From positions 7,047 through 71,046 of the IMG/VR virus record IMGVR_UViG_3300017598_000263: DNA of 64,000 nt, one strand, 5' to 3'. The translations under genes and the position numbers were made by a program. Below the pieces are notes generated by a model that saw only the letters and a program-made list of their open reading frames with translations, searched no databases and was not told where the DNA came from. Origin of the DNA: a virus. Shown piece after piece: positions 31,094 through 40,850 of this stretch. How positions within the stretch are numbered: the first letter of the stretch is position 1; each line of letters begins with the position of its first letter.

Positions 31094-31594
31094 TTGTTAA
31101 GATGCTCATATGCCCAATTAATAAATTCTTGTTGGTTAAATATAAATACTTCACGTTTTTGATATGAAAGAGCTTCACGAATAGATTCTCTTGTAGTTGG
31201 ACATTCAAAATACAATCTATCATTAGTTAAACAATCTAAATATTTAAATCCAGCTTGTTTATTAGCTTGATTAACAACAAGTATTGCTACTGAAGCTTCT
31301 GTCTTATACGCAATAATTTGCTTATCTCCAGGAGAATAGCTATTTAAGTACATAACTTCAGATTCGGGTATTGGCTCTTTAAGAATTCTTTTCATTATTT
31401 GCTCCCAGTAGATTAGTAGGTGGAATAATATAACCACCACTACTTCTAGAATAAGCAATGGCATCAGATTCATGCGTATACCTACATACACACATTTGTT
31501 TACCGGGACTGTCATTTACAACAGTAAATTTATACTTATGTCCTAAATTTGTAGAATCCCTAGATAATGCTTTTTCTTGATGCCATGTTGCCAT
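31090..31594 (-). CDS. Two hypothetical ORFs (likely starts MKRILKEP and MATWHQEK)
   Basis: Internal starts with RBS within track ORFs 31090-31515 and 31379-31651. Confidence 0.5.
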
Positions 31595-31604
31595 TAGTTT
31601 TTCC

Positions 31605-32456
31605 TTATACAGAGAATGGAAAATTAATAGGATCGTGATGAGTATACCCAACTACTTCAAAATCATCCAAAGTAACCCAAGTTTCTAAATCCTTTAATGA
31701 TTTAATATCAGGGTTAATCTTTAGCTTTGGTAATGGATATGGTTCACGTTCCATCTGTACATCCCGTAGAAGCTCTAATTGATCTTCGTAGATATGCGCA
31801 TTAACAATCTTCTGGTAAGCGATACCAGGCTTATTACCTGTAATCTGAGCCATAATAGCCAGGAAGAAATATATCTGAACTTGGTTAAAATTCTGTCCTA
31901 AAGGTACATCACAAGAACGTTGGTAACTTGTTAAATACAAAGTACCATCAAGCAATGAAAATGTATGTGTATGAACACAAGGACGTAAACAACCCATATG
32001 AAATTCACCTGGGTTATAAAAACTCAATATTTCAGCACGATCATCGATACCATTAGAAAGGTTATCAACAATTTTTTGTAATTGATCAATTGCACCACCA
32101 TCAGCTTTAATCCATGAACGACCTTGGACACCATATACTCGTCCCATATCATCTTCACCTTTACGATGAGGGTTATTCAGCCAGGCTTCATTATCATTAG
32201 CATTAGCATTCCAAGTATTGGTACCTAATCTACGGAAGTCTGCAGCATTGTCATATCCACGAATATAGCCCAGAAATTCAGCTATAGCCGACTTCCAGTA
32301 GCTTTTACGGGTAGTTATGAGTGGAAACTCATTAGCACCAACGTCATACTCCATATCAGCGTTAATGACCGTTAAACAGCGTTTACCGGTACGTTTATTC
32401 TCTATCCAATGACCTTCATTAATAATACGGTGACATAAGTCTAAATACTGTTTCAT
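31605..32456 (-). CDS. thyA: Thymidylate synthase
   Basis: [18 protein letters not shown] and AHIYEDQ motifs; 283-aa Vibrio/Shewanella/Pasteurellaceae-type form. Confidence 0.95.
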   Translation of the reverse strand: MKQYLDLCHRIINEGHWIENKRTGKRCLTVINADMEYDVGANEFPLITTRKSYWKSAIAEFLGYIRGYDNAADFRRLGTNTWNANANDNEAWLNNPHRKGEDDMGRVYGVQGRSWIKADGGAIDQLQKIVDNLSNGIDDRAEILSFYNPGEFHMGCLRPCVHTHTFSLLDGTLYLTSYQRSCDVPLGQNFNQVQIYFFLAIMAQITGNKPGIAYQKIVNAHIYEDQLELLRDVQMEREPYPLPKLKINPDIKSLKDLETWVTLDDFEVVGYTHHDPINFPFSV

Positions 32457-32893
32457 TATAGTTTCTCAAAAAGTTCAAGTTGTTCTTCAGCATAGGTAGA
32501 AGCATCAAGATGATTCATACCTTTATCAATTCCTGCGTTATACATAGTTAACAGAAATTCACGATTTTTTAATTCATCCATATGTTTTTCTAAAATCAAT
32601 CCCAGGTGATGAACAATACTATTAGCTTCACGTCCAGATCCATCAGGAATAATATACTTACCCTTTGGATCAAAGGTATTCTTCATATCATCAATAATAC
32701 TAGCTACAGGGGCACCATTACTGACCTGTCTTGAAAAAGAAGTCATTAAAGCAGTGATCCATTGAAAATTACTCATTTCTTTACTATTAACAAAGAAAGC
32801 TGTTGGATTAGTATCACCAACAATAGTGAAATAAGCAGTTTGTTCCTCTTCACCTGGAACTTTTAATTTATATGTTCTACTAGATACACGCAT
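32456..32893 (-). CDS. NrdJb/TSCPD-like domain protein (class II RNR accessory fragment)
   Basis: TYKLK...FFVNSK.M..FQWITAL...FDPKG pattern resembles the NrdJb core; no Cys. Confidence 0.6.
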   Translation of the reverse strand: MRVSSRTYKLKVPGEEEQTAYFTIVGDTNPTAFFVNSKEMSNFQWITALMTSFSRQVSNGAPVASIIDDMKNTFDPKGKYIIPDGSGREANSIVHHLGLILEKHMDELKNREFLLTMYNAGIDKGMNHLDASTYAEEQLELFEKL

Positions 32894-33052
32894 TGTTTTA
32901 TACCGATTGTGTTTGAAAATAATTAATTATATTAATGCACTTAACACAATGATCGAAAGTATCATTATGAGAAATAATGCATGAAAGGCATGGATTTTGA
33001 TTTTCTAAATAAGAAGGTTTCTTCATATACTTAGTATTTTTAGGATATGTCT

Positions 33053-36000
33053 TCAAGAGTCATCCCTAGCTTTATCAATAGATTTGATAGTAGCTTCCAT
33101 ATCAGCAAAAGCATCATCCAAAACTGAATTAATACCGTTTAATACTGCTATAGGATCATGTTTAGTATGATCAAAGCTATTTATAAATTCTTTTACAAAT
33201 CCAGCTACAATTCCCCAATCTTGACCTCTTTTAGCTGCTTTATTATATTCCTCAACGGAATAAGCTATTTTATGTACTTTACCCATAATCAATCCCTACC
33301 ACCAAGTTTTCTACTTAATCTATGAAGTAATTGTTTGCTACGTTTATGTTCAATGTCCATAACACCATTAGCTATCCAAATCTTTTTCCACATAGTTTGA
33401 ATAATTTGTAAATATTCACGACAATACTGAATTTGCATAACTACTCCATATAAAATACATAATCTGCCCAATAACCCCGATAGCGAATAAGAACGCTATA
33501 CCAAGGTGTATTAAAAAGCTGGTTTGTTTGTCAGTCATTTTTCATCATCCAAATCCAACTTAGCGGCTAACATTGCGTCAGCATAAGCATAAGCAAATTT
33601 AGCACTATACTTTTCATCGCCAATGTTTTCATGTATTAGTGCAGTTGATGCCGCCATAGCAAACTGATCTCTTAGAGATACTCGATAAACATCAACTGCT
33701 TCACGTAGCATTTTATTTTCTTTGATTAATTCATCTCTTGATGGTGATTTGCCGCTCATTTCATTTCTCCTAAATCTATACGAGCATTGCGGATTGCATC
33801 TAAGGTAAAGTCACTGTAGTTATAATCGCTCTCTTCATCGCAATACGCTTCGGAACATTTATCAACCTGCTTATCAATAATTGCCTGAACTTCTGCGCGG
33901 GTGTATTCTTTCTGATTTATGCCTTGATAAGCATCTTTACCTTCTTCGCCTATATACATTCACTCACCCTCCTTAATTAAGGTACATCCGATATTTACAC
34001 GCTCTATACCTTCATCGTAAACAAAAACAATTAAGTAAACTCTGTAACATACTTCCTCTTGAAAACGCAATTCATCATCAACACGCGGGACAATAGTAAT
34101 ATCTTTTATACTTATTATTTTGTCGTCATCATCTTCTATAAAATGCGCTCTTATACTCATTGCTATCTCCAAATGCTGCTTTGATTGCATGAATTATTGC
34201 ATTGCCTGCACTAACAGTAATATCTACTTCAACGAAATCGCCTATCAATTCAATAACTTCTTCCCTCTGCTCCTTCATCAGCTTTTCATGTTCTTCAATT
34301 GAGATGCTGGCGCGGGTGTCAATATGCTGCTTCATCTGAGTAAATACTTGCGCAGCACTTAGCTCATTACAGGCAATCTTATTTTCTATTTCGTTAATTT
34401 CCATCGCCCTCTCCAAAGGCTGCCTTGATTGCTCTTTCGACAGATTCAAATATATTGCAATCTCCATCCCATCCCCAGCTATGCCTATCTATAGCTTCCT
34501 CAACCTCACTCAAAACCTTTTCTTTGCGCTCAACCTTCTCAGCATCAACCTTAGACTTGAGGATGTATTCAGTTACAGGCATTGCAGGGTGATCTATTGG
34601 TTTATTAAAATAAATACCACCATCTGTACGACCTTGCCAGGGTTTTGCATAAATAACACCAGATTTATTGTCCATACATAGTTCCTTAAGATAGAGTAAT
34701 AACAGAACTTTTAGATTCAAGTTCCTGTCTTACTTCTTCTAAAAAATCATCAGAACATATTGGTAATACATCAATACCACATGTAAATATTCCAAGTATG
34801 TCAAATTGTTTGGTATCACGAATGTAACTAAAGGCAATTGTAAAAGAGATATCTTTAATAACTAATTCTTTAAGTTTACTCATATTTCATCCCACACTTC
34901 TTTAAATTCAGCTTCAAGTTCTTTATCTTCTTGAATACGATCATAAGCATCTCTAGCTTCTTTAGGCGTAGGTGAATAACACTCACTTCTTTTGATATTA
35001 GGTAGTTCATTAACAGCATTTTCAGGAATTACTAAATTCTCTTCTTCATATGATTTGGGCATATTGTTTCCTCAAAGCTTCAACAACTAAGAACTTTAAT
35101 TTTTTCATTTGATAAGGTCTTAACATCTTCTCAGCCATCTGAATAACATACACTAAATGAATAGAATTTAGCTTAGTTTGTTCAATAATATTATCAGAAA
35201 TCTGTTCAATTATCCTCAATTCGGTATGTTTCATGTTACTAACCTCATGTGTACACAGAGTATACAAAAATAGACTAAATAAAGAAGTTAAAGTGTAGAC
35301 ATTTAATTTATGGCCAAGTTTGCTGTATTGGATGTATCAGTAGATATTGCTGAATACAAAAATTCATTTCTGCTACAGATAAATCAAACATAGTTGATAG
35401 TACAAATAAGGTACCTACTTCAGCTTGATCCCAGGCAGTTCCTACAGTCATATAAAATGGCATTAGAAATCCTTTGTTAAAAATTTATAAGGAGCTACTG
35501 GATAACCAGTAGTTTCCCATTTTGTAACAAGAAGTTCATATCCAAGTTTTTTAGTAAAATGCTTAGATAACTCTGCATATACTACGTGTAATACAGTTTC
35601 ATTTGTAATACTACGTTTTGCTGTAGCAAAGAAATGAATACCTTTATAAGTAACCGTAATTGAATAATTCATAATGATAATGTCTCAATATACTTAACTT
35701 TAGCTTTTTGAAGAAAATCCAGCATATTCAATGATTCTGTAACGATATCAAAATCAGATACATCAGTTGGAAAATATACAGATGATAATTTTCTCCATTC
35801 ATAATAAGGTGTTCCATGGCATTGAGATCGTCCTGAATACATTCTTACAGGACAACCGAAACAGTCATCTACGTCCTCAGCATTATCATTCATATGATCT
35901 ACAGTTACGCATAATGGACAGTGTTCGTATCGAACACCTTCATTAAGTGCTGTTTTTTTCCAATACTCAATAGATAGAGTCAAGGAATCTAATAATCGTT

Positions 36001-36228
36001 TACTCATTAGTTTAAATCCTTCATATAATTAATATCATCTTTACGACGGATATAAATACCCCACATAGGTATACGTATAAATACCCAACCTTCAGGTAAT
36101 TCTGCTTCTGGAACTGGATAAGGTGATGCAGAATCATGCCATCTACCTTTGTATGGATGCTTAATACCGTACCCATCTTCATGACGGATCTGAGTAGCTT
36201 CACATTCTTTAATAGTTAAAGTAATCAT
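33053..36228 (-). CDS. Cluster of about 14 small hypothetical early ORFs
   Basis: Packed 60-112-aa ORFs with RBS. 33535-33759 carries the widespread phage motif LRD.FA...AY..ADAML. 35669-36007 is Cys-rich. Confidence 0.55.
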
Positions 36229-36320
36229 TAATTGTGTACCTCATAGTCTCTCCCCAAAGGGTTGTAGAGCGTGTACTGACGCCTCGTTGTTCATTATACA
36301 AAGATAACTACACTATGAGC

Positions 36321-36470
36321 AGCGAACAGGAGGGGTCGAACCTCCGATAGTCAGGTACCTTAGACCTCTACTGAATAGCTCTTTCAATAAAGTTAACCGG
36401 TATTTAACTAAGGTAAATTCCTAATGCACCTGAGTATCAGTCAGGCCGCTATGCCACCGCGTATGTTCGC
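36321..36470 (-). ncRNA. tRNA-like RNA (anticodon GAU, Ile-type) with an 83-nt variable region
   Basis: Acceptor GCGAACA/TGTTCGC, D arm CGC/GCG with GG in the loop, anticodon arm CCTGA-CTGATAC-TCAGG, T arm GGAGG-TTCGACC-CCTCC. No encoded CCA. Confidence 0.75.
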
Positions 36471-36474
36471 ACAA

Positions 36475-36660
36475 TTAACCTATGTTCAAACCCATAAGTT
36501 CAAATAAAGCTTTATCACGTTCAGCTATTGTAGCTTTACGCCATTTAGTCCAAACAAAATCACCTGGACCCATAGCAGGTACAGATTTACGTACATAAAG
36601 TACATGCTTACCGGTAAAGGTAGTTTTGAGGGTATATTGAATACCAATTGAGCTAGGCAT
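36475..36660 (-). CDS. Hypothetical protein
   Basis: 61 aa, GGAG RBS. Confidence 0.55.
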   Translation of the reverse strand: MPSSIGIQYTLKTTFTGKHVLYVRKSVPAMGPGDFVWTKWRKATIAERDKALFELMGLNIG

Positions 36661-36668
36661 AAAGACTC

Positions 36669-37217
36669 CTACTTAAGTTTTTTATTTACTAATTTAATCA
36701 TGGCATCACGTACACCACGGCGACCTTTAGGATGGAATGACATGCCATAATTTACTAAGTGCAAATCAAACATATCTGCTTCTTTCTCAGGCAAACTGAA
36801 TGTATAAGCACGATCACCACCTTCAGCACCTTCGCCTTTAGCAGGATTCTTACTAGTAAAGTCTTTATATCGTTTAATAAAGGTTTTTACAGATAATTTA
36901 CGTGTCATATCCAGCAAGCCAAATCGGAAATCTTTCCAGCTAATAGCAGCCAGGATTTCTTTACACTGAATTTTTGTATAGCCAAATTTCTCAATAGCAT
37001 TAACAACAGCAGTGTAGCTATACACAGTAGATATATTCATTTTTACATGAGTTCTACAGAAGCCTTTCCAGCCACGATATTTAGTCAATTTCCAAACAAT
37101 TACATTCTTTGCACGATGCAAAGTAAATGCAGCTGCTAATTTAGCATTAGACAGGTTTGTTACAGATACAGTCACTTCAGCAATTATTTCCTGTATCAAT
37201 TTTTCTTCTTTAGTCAT
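36669..37217 (-). CDS. Hypothetical basic protein
   Basis: 182 aa, GGAG RBS. Confidence 0.65.
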   Translation of the reverse strand: MTKEEKLIQEIIAEVTVSVTNLSNAKLAAAFTLHRAKNVIVWKLTKYRGWKGFCRTHVKMNISTVYSYTAVVNAIEKFGYTKIQCKEILAAISWKDFRFGLLDMTRKLSVKTFIKRYKDFTSKNPAKGEGAEGGDRAYTFSLPEKEADMFDLHLVNYGMSFHPKGRRGVRDAMIKLVNKKLK

Positions 37218-37239
37218 ACCTTTTCTCCGGTATTGGTTA

Positions 37240-37660
37240 ATGAAAACTAATATAAAAGCATACTAGCGGGAAATCGTTCTCTCCAAGAGGCGGTCTGTTT
37301 CTCGACTACCTACGATTCTCGTCAGCCAAAAGGCAAGTTTTTACTACTAGTATACTTTTAAATTAGCCCTGGTATTTCAACCAGGGTCGTCTGTGGACTA
37401 AGGTGGTCTACCATCGGAATATAGTGAATCTCCTTAATTAAGTTACATTTTTAAAACTACCGGAGGAGAATCCAGTAGCTTTAAAAGTGACTCTCATTGG
37501 ATATAGGGAAAGAGTGGCCCTAATTCGATTCTTTAAAGTTATTGAGGTGGTCATACTGCATCACTTGCGGTCCATAAAATGGTTATCCGTTTTAGTGAAT
37601 TAAGTATGATCGGTGCCTTTTGCCAGGGTTTACTGGTGCACACACACCTCAATACCAATA
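37240..37660 (-). ncRNA. Cluster of structured non-coding elements
   Basis: About 420 nt with no convincing ORF and several long stems (see findings). Confidence 0.5.
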
Positions 37661-37663
37661 CAA

Positions 37664-37990
37664 CTATGCCGCCATAGCTTTAAGAGCCTGATGCATTTCA
37701 TCTTCAGACGCATTATCAGCAAAGGCATCGTTGTATTCTTGCTCAAGTTGATCTTCAGGCTCAAGAGCACTGAACTTAACCAACCCTTCAACGTACCAGC
37801 GTTGACCTTTAACATGATCAGACATAGCTGAATCATCTTCAGCAGCTTTAGCAACAGCTAACTGCTCAATCAACGCTTCAATGGCATCTTCATCCATTTC
37901 AGGTGTTATTGCTAACTCCTTAATCTTCAGAATTTTGCCTTTACACTTCTTAAAAGCCAGTGCTAGTGCTTGTGGATTTTTATCCATCAT
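37664..37990 (-). CDS. Acidic hypothetical early protein
   Basis: Likely start MMDKNPQ after GGAGG; D/E-rich; ends in AMAA. Confidence 0.65.
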   Translation of the reverse strand: MMDKNPQALALAFKKCKGKILKIKELAITPEMDEDAIEALIEQLAVAKAAEDDSAMSDHVKGQRWYVEGLVKFSALEPEDQLEQEYNDAFADNASEDEMHQALKAMAA

Positions 37991-38212
37991 ATGAATTTTC
38001 CCTCCATATAAGATCCTCTGATAGGGCGGATCGATACCCTTGGTTTTTTCACTCAAGCGAGTGTATCGAGCAAGAAAAAAACGTCGGATCTGGGGTCTTA
38101 AAATATGGTTTAAAAAGTCATCTAAAACACCTATACAACAACCTAACATAGCAAACTCACCAACTGGGATGAGCATATTTAATTGCATAGTTAGACTGAT
38201 TATGTACAGATA

Positions 38213-38794
38213 CTACTTAGACAACAAATTATCTGCTCTGAGAACCAAAGCAGAATACAACGCAGGATTTGATTGCTGATACTCAGCAGCCACTTCCATT
38301 ACAACACCGTACTTAAACTCACAATACGCAATATGAGCCAACTCAGGTGTGGCATATAAACCAAGGTACACAGACTCACCTGTATTATTACAGCAAGCAG
38401 CTCTGTATTTATCGCCTGTGTGAGGTTTATTAACACCTAAAGGATACTTGCCACGAGTTTTGCCACTAAGAGTAAAAAGGTTATTCACCCTAGCAGAAAC
38501 AAATACACAAAACTTAGGTGAGTAATGTTTATTGCCTTCTACTAAAATATCCTTATCCAGATGCATACCTTCCCAATCCTGATCTTGCATCCAGGCTCTA
38601 TAAACAGAAAAGGTAAGCCACTCATCACACATAGTAGTACCTATGTAATGAGGGTGTTTAGCATGAAATTTAGCGTCATAACAACGTTTAAGCATACCTT
38701 GCCACGAGACATAATAAGGACATTTAACGCCATTAACTGAAACAGGTGTAGTACTATCATTAATACCAACACCACATACAATATTACTCGGCAT
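38213..38794 (-). CDS. HNH-type homing endonuclease with AP2-like C-terminus
   Basis: GVGIND..WQGMLKRCY...CDEWLTFS...HLDKD...GNKHYSP..CVF...YLGLY.TPE.AH; GGAGG RBS. Confidence 0.75.
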   Translation of the reverse strand: MPSNIVCGVGINDSTTPVSVNGVKCPYYVSWQGMLKRCYDAKFHAKHPHYIGTTMCDEWLTFSVYRAWMQDQDWEGMHLDKDILVEGNKHYSPKFCVFVSARVNNLFTLSGKTRGKYPLGVNKPHTGDKYRAACCNNTGESVYLGLYATPELAHIAYCEFKYGVVMEVAAEYQQSNPALYSALVLRADNLLSK

Positions 38795-38862
38795 AATTGC
38801 CTCCAGTTTTAAATTAAAAGAATGCCATCCTTGGCAATAAATCCTTAGAAAACAACACCTCC

Positions 38863-40818
38863 TCAAGGCATAAGAAAATTAAAAGAATCATTGATAGTAT
38901 TAGGACCATCCCCTATTACTAACTTAAATGGTGGGATGTCATAAGGTGAACGTTCAATTATTTCATCTATAATAGATTGATAAAAGTTAGTTTCAAACAT
39001 CTCATTAAATACTCCTCTAGCTGCTTCAGTAACTACAGGTAGAGCACTAGGACCACTAATAAAATCATCGTGTTTAAGAAGTATTGGCCTACCACTATCA
39101 AGAATAGCTGTAGTTACTTTACGTAACATGTATGCGTCAATCGAGTGAGTTGCGTTAGCAAACAGACCACGTTTCTTCTGCTCAACATGGTAAATAACAC
39201 CACCAACATTAACTTCCTTGCCAAAGTAAGGAAATCCATTCTTATCCTCTAACCAAGGCATATCACTAATGATTACATGGCTTGTATAGTCTCCCTTGTA
39301 ACTTGCAGAGGCAACATATACTAATACCGGTACAGACTTGTAATAAGCCCGTGAACAAGCTGAGAATCCGTCAGGCATAGTCCAACGAAGGTCTACCTGT
39401 TCATTACCAATAACCTTAGTACCCCAATCAGCAATCCTGGGAATATTCTCCACAGGTTTACCATAGGCATTCTCGTTATAGGCATGAACATCAGCTTCAG
39501 TCACATCATCACCCACAGTCTCTGAAATAGTCTTAGCAATGCTACTAATAGCAGAGCCATGCATCAGCCCCATATGAATCTTCTTGATGTCACTACGCTC
39601 AAGAGGAAGATCATAAGCACTACCAAAGGCAGTATGAGAGTCAACGACATCATGTTCAGCACCAATATTGCCAGCTTTCATCATCTTCTCAGACCTGAAT
39701 GACACACCACTCATCAACAACCCAGAGTTAGTGAAATCATAGCCAAACATAAACTTACTAAGCTTACCTTCACGAGAATCCTTCAACGCTTGAGCAGCCT
39801 TATTCAGCAATATAGTTTCACCAAATGCTTCCTCAGTCTCCTGAACCATAGGATCTCTATACTGGGCAATAAGCAAGTCTTCAGCACTAATCCTTGCAAC
39901 AGCCTCATCAACAGATACACGACCATGCAAAGTAACGTAGATTATGTGCTGTAACACCCTAGAATCGTCCTCAGTCAATTCAAACGGTACAGCAGCATCA
40001 ATCATCAAAGTCTCCCACAACTTGCCGTGTGGCTTAATACCTTCAAGCCTAGCAGCCTCGTAGTAAACACGATCACGACCACAATACTTAGCCGGTAAAT
40101 AAAATACAGGCATAGCCTTAACCTGATCAACAGCTACATCTGCATACTTTTCGAAACGCTTTCTACGAACAATAGGATCTTCAGGCAATGTCTTACCATG
40201 CTTATCTACCTTTCTACCCCAATCAGTCTTCAAGCTATATCCCTTAAGCAACAGCTCCTTAGTACACATCTCAGTAATACAAAACGGTACTGAAGACACC
40301 TTACGAAGAAATGATTTCTCAGTTGAACTCAACTTCCAACCATTAACCTCTTTCTGATTAACAACACCAGGCTTATTTTCATAACCCTTAAGCAGATTCT
40401 TCTCATGAGATCCACCAAGCTGTAAATACAGACGAGTATGAAACTTCTTCTGATGATTAACAGTCACTGATTCGACACGCTTATCTACTGTAAGCGAACC
40501 ATTATCTATCATCACCTGAGTAATCAATGAACTAGCAATAAGTCTTGCTCGTTTCTTATCATACTCATGCAATTTAAGACCCATATGAAGGTTTGGCAGC
40601 TTATTAACAAGCTTACCAATGAAAGTCTGAACCAACAGCTCATCATTACGATCAACAATGGAATTGACAGCCTTAAGCACACGCTTACCGTGTGTTTCCA
40701 AGAACCCAGACTCAAGCAGATACTTGTGCACCTGCATAGTCAGAAACTCCATCTTGTTACCCATCTTTTCTTCAAGTTTAACGAATGCAGCTAGTGTTTT
40801 AGTAGTTTCGATGTTCAT
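38863..40818 (-). CDS. Single-chain T7-type RNA polymerase (N4 RNAPII equivalent)
   Basis: GRDRVYY, motif A YDFTNSG, motif B R..IKKIHMGLMHG, THSIDAY, motif C KHDDF; 651 aa. Confidence 0.85.
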   Translation of the reverse strand: MNIETTKTLAAFVKLEEKMGNKMEFLTMQVHKYLLESGFLETHGKRVLKAVNSIVDRNDELLVQTFIGKLVNKLPNLHMGLKLHEYDKKRARLIASSLITQVMIDNGSLTVDKRVESVTVNHQKKFHTRLYLQLGGSHEKNLLKGYENKPGVVNQKEVNGWKLSSTEKSFLRKVSSVPFCITEMCTKELLLKGYSLKTDWGRKVDKHGKTLPEDPIVRRKRFEKYADVAVDQVKAMPVFYLPAKYCGRDRVYYEAARLEGIKPHGKLWETLMIDAAVPFELTEDDSRVLQHIIYVTLHGRVSVDEAVARISAEDLLIAQYRDPMVQETEEAFGETILLNKAAQALKDSREGKLSKFMFGYDFTNSGLLMSGVSFRSEKMMKAGNIGAEHDVVDSHTAFGSAYDLPLERSDIKKIHMGLMHGSAISSIAKTISETVGDDVTEADVHAYNENAYGKPVENIPRIADWGTKVIGNEQVDLRWTMPDGFSACSRAYYKSVPVLVYVASASYKGDYTSHVIISDMPWLEDKNGFPYFGKEVNVGGVIYHVEQKKRGLFANATHSIDAYMLRKVTTAILDSGRPILLKHDDFISGPSALPVVTEAARGVFNEMFETNFYQSIIDEIIERSPYDIPPFKLVIGDGPNTINDSFNFLMP

Positions 40819-40850
40819 ATCATATTCTCCTATGATAATTAGTGATTAAA

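Noticed and set aside
36321-36470. tRNA-like RNA as the missing tRNA-like domain of the tmRNA
   Set aside because: It has no G3-U70 alanine determinant, has a D stem and an anticodon arm, and shows no evident pairing to the tag piece 6 kb away.
37290-37335. CTGACGA...GAAAC hammerhead-like sequence on the minus strand
   Set aside because: Stem III and the NUH cleavage site cannot be formed; the alternative AATCGT/ACGATT pairing is stronger.
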